From the IMG/VR virus record IMGVR_UViG_3300011339_000873, positions 1 through 33,179 of that record: 33,179 bases of DNA; one strand, 5' to 3'. A program made the position numbers and the translations under genes. The notes under the pieces were generated by a model. That model saw nothing but the letters and a program-made list of their open reading frames with translations. It searched no databases and was not told the DNA's origin. How positions within the stretch are numbered: the first letter of the stretch is position 1; each line of letters opens with the position of its first letter. Positions 18,819 to 26,417 of this stretch are shown here, piece after piece. Origin of the DNA: a virus. Taxonomy: Duplodnaviria > Caudoviricetes.

Positions 18819-18955
18819 TATTTTTTTGCTTTAGGTTCGTAATATTTAGCCACTTTATCAATGTTCACTAAGTGAGAGGCAAGCTGGGAATCACATTCCC
18901 AGACATCGCCTTTCAATTTAGTTGCAAAGTCTTTTATAAACTCTACTTTACGCAT
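18818..18955 (-). CDS. Small post-capsid protein (45 aa, MRKVEFIKDFATKLKGDVWEC...), not in ORF track
   Basis: Manual translation; exactly fills the capsid-adaptor gap with TAATG coupling. Confidence 0.75.
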   Translation of the reverse strand: MRKVEFIKDFATKLKGDVWECDSQLASHLVNIDKVAKYYEPKAKK

Positions 18956-18957
18956 TG

Positions 18958-20115
18958 TTAAGATGCTAATGTAGTTAATGCAGCAGAAATAGAAGCCACT
19001 TTTCTAAATCCAGTTTTGTCAGCCTCACGGATTAAGAAAGCTAATCTTTTACGTGCTTTCAAAGTCAACATATCTTCTGCGAAATCAGTTCCATTGTAAC
19101 CTTTAGAAACAACAACACCACCCATTTCATAGATACGTGCAAATCTTGAATCACCTAAATAAAGTGTGTTAGCTGGTACGTTGTTATCTTCTACGATATT
19201 CAATGCTCCAATTCTTGGATCGTTAAAATTAAATACATAGTTATATGTACTATCTTTTTTCAATTTCAATTTATTAATATCTGCAATGTTCATTGCTACG
19301 AAATCTGGTTGATATTTAGCACCACCTACAGAAGTAATATCTTCAGAAACTTTTGCAATCAAATCATAAATGTTTGCATCAGCAATTCCAGAAGCTACAG
19401 CCGTGTAAGCTGGTGATGAAGTAATCAAACCTTTTAAGTTTGTTCCTGTGTTATCACCTACTACGATTTGAGAAGCAACCTTATCAAGTACGTTTGCATC
19501 CAAAAATACTTCTAATTCAGCGGCAGCCATAACCTCATCGTTGAAAAACTCCTCAGATACTGGAAGTGAATCACCGATTTTTTGTAATGCCAAAGTATAA
19601 CCTTTAAATTTAGCAGTTGATTCAGCGAATGCAACACCTTCAGCAACAGAAGCGGCAGCTTTTACGGTAGTAGCTTCATCCCAGTCAACATAAGCAACAG
19701 TACCGTTATGGTTACCAGCACCAACAGGAATTTTACGAAATAACTCATAAAGACTTCTTTTTTTACGTTGTAATTGACCAATTCCATCAACTAATGCAAC
19801 ATGTGGATTTGTAGCAATAGAAGATCTCAAAGTGTCAGCTTTCAAAACTACTTCAGCGTTACCACCTTTTGCAATAGCTTTTAAAGTTTCTTTGTTTTCT
19901 TTGATTTCGTCAACAATTGTCTTAACAGTTGTACTTACTTTCATTTCTTTTAATTGATTTACTTGTTCTTGTAGGTTTTCGAATACTGATTTCTCAATAG
20001 TTTCTTTACCTTTCAAAGCCTCTAATTCAGCTTTTAATGTAGATACTTCAACATCCTGTGCTTTGTATCCTTCAACTTTTGCGCTCAAAGCGTCTAATTG
20101 TTCTTGTGTAATCAT
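18958..20115 (-). CDS. Major capsid protein, HK97 fold, with N-terminal coiled-coil scaffold region
   Basis: VAEGVAFAES, IVVGDNTGTNLKG and LYLGDS motifs; follows protease. Confidence 0.92.
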   Translation of the reverse strand: MITQEQLDALSAKVEGYKAQDVEVSTLKAELEALKGKETIEKSVFENLQEQVNQLKEMKVSTTVKTIVDEIKENKETLKAIAKGGNAEVVLKADTLRSSIATNPHVALVDGIGQLQRKKRSLYELFRKIPVGAGNHNGTVAYVDWDEATTVKAAASVAEGVAFAESTAKFKGYTLALQKIGDSLPVSEEFFNDEVMAAAELEVFLDANVLDKVASQIVVGDNTGTNLKGLITSSPAYTAVASGIADANIYDLIAKVSEDITSVGGAKYQPDFVAMNIADINKLKLKKDSTYNYVFNFNDPRIGALNIVEDNNVPANTLYLGDSRFARIYEMGGVVVSKGYNGTDFAEDMLTLKARKRLAFLIREADKTGFRKVASISAALTTLAS

Positions 20116-20116
20116 T

Positions 20117-20923
20117 TTAAAATTTGTTTAATAATTGGTTAAATTGTTCGTTAGTTAGTTTTTGAGTAATTTCTTCAATTGGCTCATTTTCTGAAAGTGT
20201 GTTAACGGCTTTCATATTATTTTCAAGTGTCGGTGTAACTGGATTAGATCCAATAACAACGGCAGATCCTTCAATTAATTTTGCTTCTAAAACTGCCCAG
20301 AAATATCCCTTTTCAATTGCTGTATCTTGATTTGCCACTTCTGGTAAGTATTTATTCCAATTCTCATATTCCTGTGTACTTGATGGATTATTAGCACAAA
20401 GCACTAATTTAACATAAGACATTCCAACGCTGTGATTTTTAACAAATCCTTTGGAATATTGCTCGTACATAAACTCGTTTCGGTCCTCTTTTACTTTACT
20501 TTCAAATATCAAGCATTCTGTTTTACCTTCATAGTCAAACCCAAGCTGTTTAAAAGTAAATTGTTGAGTAAATACGTTTAAGTCTGCACCATCTGCTATA
20601 ATCTTGTCAAATGCCATTTCGTGCTCTTGCAAATGTACAATATTTTTATTTTCATTTATTGACTTATTCCATAATCCTTTAATATGAACATCACCGTGAG
20701 AATCTAAAAAGTTAGTTGAATTAATTACCACTTTTACTTTTAGTTCTTCTTCAGCTTCCTCAATAGGTGTATTATTTACAATTGCCTTTGTTGTTTCAAT
20801 TGGACTGAATGAAAATGTATCGGCTTTTTTAAATGATGCCTTTTTAAATGCGATCAGTTTGTTTTGATTTTTAATAATAAAATCAATTTCCTGTTCCTTA
20901 TTTTCGAATGATGGGATTTTCAT
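20117..20923 (-). CDS. Prohead maturation protease (HK97-like)
   Basis: DSHGDVH, HLQEH, NHSVGM and LIEGSAVVIGSNPVT motifs. Confidence 0.85.
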   Translation of the reverse strand: MKIPSFENKEQEIDFIIKNQNKLIAFKKASFKKADTFSFSPIETTKAIVNNTPIEEAEEELKVKVVINSTNFLDSHGDVHIKGLWNKSINENKNIVHLQEHEMAFDKIIADGADLNVFTQQFTFKQLGFDYEGKTECLIFESKVKEDRNEFMYEQYSKGFVKNHSVGMSYVKLVLCANNPSSTQEYENWNKYLPEVANQDTAIEKGYFWAVLEAKLIEGSAVVIGSNPVTPTLENNMKAVNTLSENEPIEEITQKLTNEQFNQLLNKF

Positions 20924-20969
20924 TTTGTTTATCTTTTTTTAGTTGCTCAATTTCTTCTTTTGTTATCAT
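20898..20969 (-). CDS. Micro-ORF between portal and protease (23 aa, MITKEEIEQLKKDKQNENPIIRK)
   Basis: ATGA overlap with portal stop; overlaps protease start. Confidence 0.5.
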   Translation of the reverse strand: MITKEEIEQLKKDKQNENPIIRK

Positions 20970-22120
20970 AATTCATCCAGATTTATGTTATTTGCATCGG
21001 CTAAAATTTTATTGTCTAATTTCAATTTAATTACCTCTTGCCTTTCTTTTTCAAATACTTGGTTAAATGCTAAATGTTCCCAAGTCATAAACAATTCAGT
21101 ATAATTAAATTTTTCCTCTAATGAATCAGTCAATAATTGACCTTTTGGCTTCAATACATATTCAACGTGTCTATTTGTTGCCTTCTCTTGATTTTCGTAT
21201 GTACTGCTTTTTAAATTAGCCTCAAGGATATCTCTTGGTATTCCATACATTGAACCAATCATAAAGAAGTCATTGTAATAACATTCATCCAGCTTTAAAC
21301 GTGCAATATCATCAACAAAGCGTTTAATATCAATAGGCTTCTTAATTGCGTGTACGCTTTTATTACTTCTAACTACATTCTCAATATTTCGTTTTTCATC
21401 ATTCGACATATTAACACCCTCAAGGCTTTCACTTTTAGCGGATGCAATAAATTTTTGACTAAACTCTAAATTGATATTTTTAGCATTAAGCGCATTTTCT
21501 GAATTGGCTATAATTTTATATAAAGCATCAATTCTGGATATACCTTTTAAATGATTATCACTAACAGAATTTGTAAGATCATAAAACGGTGTTATTTCTG
21601 AAATAGGAATAATTCTGGATGTATTACCAATATTATACTTAATAGTGCCTTTTACAATATCTGAATAAGTAATTTTAGATAAAATAAGACTGTTTAATTT
21701 ATCAACTATATTACTATCGAATTCAATATTAGCTGGATTTAACCATTGTATTGGTGATGTTTCATTCAACTGATTGTTTGGAGTCCAAAGGTAGGCTGTT
21801 CCCAACTGCATAAAAAACATATAATCCCACAGGAATTGAGTCCAGTTCTGTTTAAAGTTTGGCTTTTTTCTTTGAGAATATAAAAAGTCTGTTTCTGTTG
21901 GTGTGTTAATCTTACCTAAACTAAACAAATCACAGTTTAATGCAAATACTTTTAAAACTGCTGGATTAGATAAAATTACATTTAATTTTTCTTTATCGTT
22001 TTTAAACTTTGATACGTTTGCATTTTGATTAATTAGTTCATAGAAAAAATTACCAGACAAATCACGCTCTACAATTTGAGGCGCATTATTACCAAAAGAA
22101 AAATTTAGATTGAATCCCAT
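20966..22120 (-). CDS. Portal protein
   Basis: GISRIDAL, MYGIPRDIL and STYENQEKA motifs; between TerL and protease. Confidence 0.9.
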   Translation of the reverse strand: MGFNLNFSFGNNAPQIVERDLSGNFFYELINQNANVSKFKNDKEKLNVILSNPAVLKVFALNCDLFSLGKINTPTETDFLYSQRKKPNFKQNWTQFLWDYMFFMQLGTAYLWTPNNQLNETSPIQWLNPANIEFDSNIVDKLNSLILSKITYSDIVKGTIKYNIGNTSRIIPISEITPFYDLTNSVSDNHLKGISRIDALYKIIANSENALNAKNINLEFSQKFIASAKSESLEGVNMSNDEKRNIENVVRSNKSVHAIKKPIDIKRFVDDIARLKLDECYYNDFFMIGSMYGIPRDILEANLKSSTYENQEKATNRHVEYVLKPKGQLLTDSLEEKFNYTELFMTWEHLAFNQVFEKERQEVIKLKLDNKILADANNINLDEL

Positions 22121-22133
22121 AATAAAATTTTCA

Positions 22134-22141
22134 CAAAGTTA
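22134..22141 (-). promoter_or_regulatory. Isolated -7 box upstream of portal (possible late promoter)
   Basis: TAACTTTG in the 21-nt TerL-portal gap; no -33 at canonical spacing. Confidence 0.45.
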
Positions 22142-23374
22142 CTAAATATTTTTGATTATATTCATTTCAAACAGTTTTTGTGCAATATATTCAATTGCAT
22201 TAATTAAGTGATCATTACCATCCTCTGGATTTTCTAATGTTACACCGAATCTATCTTTTTGATAACTGTAATTTTCCTGCTCAAATTCAATGTTTTTTGA
22301 AGTGGAAGTATAATAAACATTTAGGCCCTGCATTGTTCCAATTCTGTCTAATAGTCTGGTTTTACCACCAACAGATACGGCATACTCCCAACCTGAACGC
22401 CTTAATGCTATTATCTTTGTAGGTCTATTGGAATCACAAACAATTATTTTATCTTTAGGTATGTTTAACTTTGTAAACATCCAACTGACTAATCCTTCAT
22501 CCTGATTTGCGTTAATCTGGTGCAGTTCTGTTGTGGTTAAGTTTCTGCGGAGTTCATTCTCTGATTTATAGTTTAACTCGTGAACATATAAATTACCATC
22601 ATGATATTTTACCTCAACAATTCCCCATGGATCAACCAAACCCCAATCACAGCCATAGTAAGTCTGTTTTTCAATATTTATATAATCATAATAATTGATT
22701 TGCTTCCAGTTGTATATTCTGCCTTGTTTTTCAGCTTTTAAGCCTAACCCAAATACTTGCCAGTTATAGTCATTTGCTGTGCCTTGTTTAATATTGTATT
22801 CAGTAGGCTCATAAGATAGTATTTTCTTTTTTTGCTCAATAGGTATAAATGGATTGTCTTTGAATGTTGAATGGATCACAAATGCATTATCTCGTTTCAT
22901 AACATTATCGGCCCAGTGCGTTCCTACTGGATTATAATCCATAAAGATAGTATTCGAACACCTCATATCAAGTTGATCAAATGTTTCTTTTGATAGTTTA
23001 TAAAATTCATTAAACCAAAGATAATCTGAATGATACCCCATTACTTTCAATTCATCATCTGTTCCTTCAATGTATATCTGTGATCCATTAGGGAAGGTAA
23101 AATATGATTCTGATTTGTTAAATATAACTTTATCCCAATTTGGTAATGTTGGGTAATATTTCAACATATCTTGCAAAATAGTATCCTTACAATCTTTTTT
23201 AGTAATACGAAAAGCGGAACATTTAATCCGCTCTTTTGACCAGCATAAAACCCAAAACAATTGTAATATACTAAATGTTTTGCTTGATCTGGATGAACCA
23301 GAATTGATAATATATTTATATTTACCAGTTTTTAAAGCGTTATAATTTTTCTCAAATACCGGAGTCGCTTTCAT
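22142..23374 (-). CDS. terL: Terminase large subunit, PBSX/SPP1-like
   Basis: Walker A-like GSSRSSKT, LWFNE, MDYNP, HSTFKDNPF, nuclease GCDWG and NDHLINAIEY. Confidence 0.93.
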   Translation of the reverse strand: MKATPVFEKNYNALKTGKYKYIINSGSSRSSKTFSILQLFWVLCWSKERIKCSAFRITKKDCKDTILQDMLKYYPTLPNWDKVIFNKSESYFTFPNGSQIYIEGTDDELKVMGYHSDYLWFNEFYKLSKETFDQLDMRCSNTIFMDYNPVGTHWADNVMKRDNAFVIHSTFKDNPFIPIEQKKKILSYEPTEYNIKQGTANDYNWQVFGLGLKAEKQGRIYNWKQINYYDYINIEKQTYYGCDWGLVDPWGIVEVKYHDGNLYVHELNYKSENELRRNLTTTELHQINANQDEGLVSWMFTKLNIPKDKIIVCDSNRPTKIIALRRSGWEYAVSVGGKTRLLDRIGTMQGLNVYYTSTSKNIEFEQENYSYQKDRFGVTLENPEDGNDHLINAIEYIAQKLFEMNIIKNI

Positions 23375-23807
23375 CTTTTGGCTTTATTACTTCTATTTTT
23401 AAAACATTGTTTAAACTTTCACCATTTGTTTTTATATCAGTTTCAACATTTTCCCTTAAATGATTTAATCTTTGAGTAATTGAAGGATTGTAAAAACCAA
23501 GCAATCCACCTGTAATTTGATCCTCTCTTATTTCTTCTTTAATACGTGAACAGATATCACAAAACTCATCATAATAATTTAAAGTATTTTCAAAATAATG
23601 CTGTACTTCTCCGTAATTATTTCGGCAATATCTTTTAAAACCCTCATAAGTATAAGGTAATTTTGGATAATCAATTACTCGATTTCCATCTCTACCGATA
23701 TATTGCACTTTTTCCCATTTAGTTCTTTCAATTTCTAAATGTTGTTTATATTCTTCAAATGCTTTTAATATTTCTTTTGGTTCTTTAAATATTCTTTTTG
23801 GATGCAT
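23352..23807 (-). CDS. terS: Terminase small subunit (DNA-packaging gp3-like)
   Basis: PYTYEGF...IREDQITGGLLGFYNPSITQRL; overlaps terL start. Confidence 0.8.
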   Translation of the reverse strand: MHPKRIFKEPKEILKAFEEYKQHLEIERTKWEKVQYIGRDGNRVIDYPKLPYTYEGFKRYCRNNYGEVQHYFENTLNYYDEFCDICSRIKEEIREDQITGGLLGFYNPSITQRLNHLRENVETDIKTNGESLNNVLKIEVIKPKDESDSGI

Positions 23808-23916
23808 TTTCTTTAATCTTTTTTAGTGTTTCTTTTGCCTCTTGTTTTAGTCTGTATTCCTGTTCAAAAATAGACTCACGCAATGTAAGCGGTTTAATTT
23901 TCTTTTTATTAGCCAT
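23785..23916 (-). CDS. Small basic protein (43 aa, MANKKKIKPLTLRES...), not in ORF track
   Basis: Manual translation; fills the gap before terS. Confidence 0.55.
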   Translation of the reverse strand: MANKKKIKPLTLRESIFEQEYRLKQEAKETLKKIKENASKKNI

Positions 23917-23920
23917 TTTA

Positions 23921-24121
23921 TTAGTCAATGATACAAAGATATACTTTTTTATTATTAATGTATTGTACCCTCATTAGATCGCCTTCTGACGGTTGTAAAT
24001 CGTCATTTTGCAAAGTTAATACAATAGTTTTGTTTAAATGCTTTGGTTGGCTATTTTTACCCAATTGAAACATTATTATTCCGACTGATGCTATTAAAAG
24101 CATAATAAATATTATTCGCAT
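23921..24121 (-). CDS. Small protein with N-terminal TM/signal segment (66 aa)
   Basis: MRIIFIMLLIASVGIIMF hydrophobic N-terminus. Confidence 0.65.
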   Translation of the reverse strand: MRIIFIMLLIASVGIIMFQLGKNSQPKHLNKTIVLTLQNDDLQPSEGDLMRVQYINNKKVYLCIID

Positions 24122-24288
24122 TCTATATTTTGTTTAAGTTGATTTAATCCATTTAAAATAACTGAATCGCTATAAGTTAATGATTTTAATGAATTGTATA
24201 TTATATCCATTAATTCGTGAATATCCAGATCATCATCTGGAGTTATTGTTGTTGATTTTCTTGTTTTTGTTTTAAATATTATTTTCAT
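24112..24288 (-). CDS. Hypothetical protein (58 aa, MKIIFKTKTRKSTTITPDDD...), not in ORF track
   Basis: Manual translation; overlaps both neighbours by a few codons. Confidence 0.6.
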   Translation of the reverse strand: MKIIFKTKTRKSTTITPDDDLDIHELMDIIYNSLKSLTYSDSVILNGLNQLKQNIECE

Positions 24289-24499
24289 ATTTTCTTTTAA
24301 TTTCGTTTAATTTTTCTTTGTTTACACCTCTATCGTAATAGTATTTAATAACTGTTTTAATTCTTTCTAAATTTGTAGTTATTTTACATTTATTGGAACA
24401 ATATAATGTATCTGTAAATCCTGTGTTTATTATTTTTCTGCATTGGTGGCAAAGTGTTGCTCCATTTCCGTTATTAAATTTATGAATTGGTTTTTTCAT
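24272..24499 (-). CDS. Small zinc-finger protein
   Basis: CHQC...CSNKC cysteine pattern. Confidence 0.7.
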   Translation of the reverse strand: MKKPIHKFNNGNGATLCHQCRKIINTGFTDTLYCSNKCKITTNLERIKTVIKYYYDRGVNKEKLNEIKRKYENNI

Positions 24500-24550
24500 T
24501 ATTTTATTTAAATTTTTAAGTTATAACGGTGTTAATCGCCGTTAAAACAA

Positions 24551-25042
24551 TTATTTATTTTCCAAAGTTTCCAAAACTTTATAATCATTTAAATTAAATT
24601 CCTTCATTAATTTATTCCAAAGATACGAATCATTATCAAATCTCAAAGCGTTGATAATTCTTAAATACGGCCATCGTGTTTCTGGCATTTTTTCACGTTT
24701 TTTATGTTGTCTGCGTTTTGTTTTAAATTCTTTTGGGACTGGAGGATAATTTTTATTTTTTATGATGTAACAGGCTTTATCGTATAATTCAGGATCTTTT
24801 GTATTGTATGCCAATTTAATCATTTGATAATTTTCATTATCCTCATATTCTGGTGTTTTTGCAATTGAATTATAAAGGCTTTCACGGATCATTTGTAACT
24901 CGTGCGCTATATTTGCAATTGTGCGTTTTTTAATATTGTACTCCTGATTAATATACAAATTGCGTATAAAAATAACGTGATGCTTTCTGTTTTTAGTTTT
25001 CAAGTCAATATTGAAAATTTCTTTAATTTCTGTTAGTGTCAT
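24551..25042 (-). CDS. Hypothetical basic protein, possible HTH
   Basis: TIANIAHELQMIRESLYNSI resembles an HTH. Confidence 0.65.
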   Translation of the reverse strand: MTLTEIKEIFNIDLKTKNRKHHVIFIRNLYINQEYNIKKRTIANIAHELQMIRESLYNSIAKTPEYEDNENYQMIKLAYNTKDPELYDKACYIIKNKNYPPVPKEFKTKRRQHKKREKMPETRWPYLRIINALRFDNDSYLWNKLMKEFNLNDYKVLETLENK

Positions 25043-25046
25043 AGTG

Positions 25047-25235
25047 TTATAATTTATTTATTTCGTTTCTTACTTCGTACCAATAATCGATTCTGTAATG
25101 TTCTAATGAATCGAACTCGTTTATCATTTCATCAACTACACTCAAAGCGCTTTTAATTCCTTCTCTTTCGGCTTCTGATGTATTCCAGTAAGTAAATTTA
25201 TCAATTAACTGTAATGCTTTTTCTTTTGGTGTCAT
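25047..25235 (-). CDS. Hypothetical phage protein (MTPKEKA...YWYEV type)
   Basis: Intact ORF, tightly packed. Confidence 0.75.
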   Translation of the reverse strand: MTPKEKALQLIDKFTYWNTSEAEREGIKSALSVVDEMINEFDSLEHYRIDYWYEVRNEINKL

Positions 25236-25241
25236 AATATA

Positions 25242-25331
25242 TTATCTTAAAAATTGAGTTAAAAACCATACTGCTACTACTACGCAAAAGTAATACTGAT
25301 ACTTTTTTTGCTGAAAAAATTTTGCTATCAT
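25242..25331 (-). CDS. Small membrane peptide (29 aa, MIAKFFQQKKYQYYFCVVVAVWFLTQFLR)
   Basis: ATG at 25331 with A-rich leader; paralogous to 2150-2254. Confidence 0.65.
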   Translation of the reverse strand: MIAKFFQQKKYQYYFCVVVAVWFLTQFLR

Positions 25332-25357
25332 AATTGTTTTGTTGTTAAAAGCGGATA

Positions 25358-25594
25358 TTACACCGCTTGTTTTGCTATTTTTAAAAGTGATTCTGCTTTC
25401 AAGATTGCTCTCTCTTTTGTGTATTCGCATCCTTTAGGATTCATTAACTTCATTGAAACTCCTTTTTCTTCTCTCCATACAGTATAATTATTTTTACCGA
25501 TTTCTCCAGTTATTGAGATTGTAAAGTTTTTTGTTTCTGCTTTTGAATTTTCTCTATTTGTTCCGTTTTTGTATGCGTTGAATATGAAGTTCAT
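25358..25594 (-). CDS. Hypothetical early protein (78 aa)
   Basis: First gene after promoter P3. Confidence 0.75.
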   Translation of the reverse strand: MNFIFNAYKNGTNRENSKAETKNFTISITGEIGKNNYTVWREEKGVSMKLMNPKGCEYTKERAILKAESLLKIAKQAV

Positions 25595-25626
25595 AATATT
25601 TGTGTTTTGTTGTTGTTATCTGAGTA

Positions 25627-25656
25627 CAAATATAGTAATACTTTATTATTACGCAA
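25627..25656 (-). promoter_or_regulatory. Bacteroidota sigma70-type promoter P3 with operator at 25635-25652
   Basis: -7 TATATTTG (25627-25634), 19-nt spacer, TTG (25654-25656). Confidence 0.8.
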
Positions 25657-25855
25657 TGCATTTTTCAAGAAATTTTGCTAAAAAATTAGTTTTATTTTTA
25701 ATATACTCATTTTCAGCATCTTTATAAATCTTATCAAGCCAATAGTATAGTCTATATTCCCCAGATCCTTTAAATTTCATTCCGTTTTTAAATGTATGTT
25801 CCAATTTATTTGGATTATTTTCTTTAAATATCTGTACTCTGTCTTTCAATTTCAT
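25649..25855 (-). CDS. Hypothetical protein (68 aa)
   Basis: Intact ORF overlapping VRR-NUC end. Confidence 0.65.
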   Translation of the reverse strand: MKLKDRVQIFKENNPNKLEHTFKNGMKFKGSGEYRLYYWLDKIYKDAENEYIKNKTNFLAKFLEKCIA

Positions 25856-26156
25856 TTTTAAATTGTTCTAATGATCTTATTAAATAATATTCTTGATTCA
25901 ATTGCTTTACTTTTTTTTCAAACTCCTTTTGTTTTTCGCTTTGGATTCCTGTTTCTGTTTTTAGTTCGACAAAAATAGTTTTTCCATTTAAAACAACTAT
26001 CAAATCTGATACTCCTGCCATCGTTCCAGTATTTTTAAAATTTTTGTTTTTGTAGGTTGATTCGTTTGCTACTGAAAAAATCAATCCTTTGCCGTGCATT
26101 TGGTAATTATTTCTAAAAAAAATAATAATGCTTTGTTGTAGTTGTTGTTCTGTCAT
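25824..26156 (-). CDS. VRR-NUC domain nuclease (PD-(D/E)XK)
   Basis: TEQQLQ, GVSDLIV, IFVELK and QSEKQKEF motifs. Confidence 0.9.
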   Translation of the reverse strand: MTEQQLQQSIIIFFRNNYQMHGKGLIFSVANESTYKNKNFKNTGTMAGVSDLIVVLNGKTIFVELKTETGIQSEKQKEFEKKVKQLNQEYYLIRSLEQFKNEIERQSTDI

Positions 26157-26159
26157 AAA

Positions 26160-26417
26160 AAAAGGTAACCGTTAATTTGTTTATTTTCAATGTTTTACTT
26201 AAAAAGTTACCAGTTACCTTTATAAAAAAACTTAGTACTATATAAAATTAAAAAAACACTAATATGTAAATATATATATTTTTATATGTCTATGTAGTTT
26301 ATATATATATATTTAGGTAACTTAGGTAACTATCTTTGTAAAGCCTTACTATCATTGAGTTTTTGAGGTTACCTTTTATTAAAAAAAAAGGTAACTTTTA
26401 GGTAACTTAGGTAACCT
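26160..26417. other. Putative replication origin (iterons around an AT-rich core)
   Basis: Nine GGTAAC/GTTACC copies in both orientations flanking a very AT-rich tract, directly downstream of the primase-helicase gene. Confidence 0.75.

Noticed and set aside
20934-20941. A7 run in the micro-ORF as a frameshift into the protease
   Set aside because: A -1 shift meets TAA at once; the protease has its own ATG
24523-24544. Hairpin TAACGG-N9-CCGTTA in an intergenic gap
   Set aside because: Short stem without a U-tract on the coding strand; not enough to call a terminator
25332-25430. N-terminal extension of ORF 25242-25430, and similar extended starts at 3589, 16713 and 30147
   Set aside because: The extensions overlap upstream genes or RNA structures; internal ATGs with A-rich leaders fit better
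26160-26417. CRISPR or mini-array
   Set aside because: Repeats are only 6-9 bp, in both orientations and irregularly spaced
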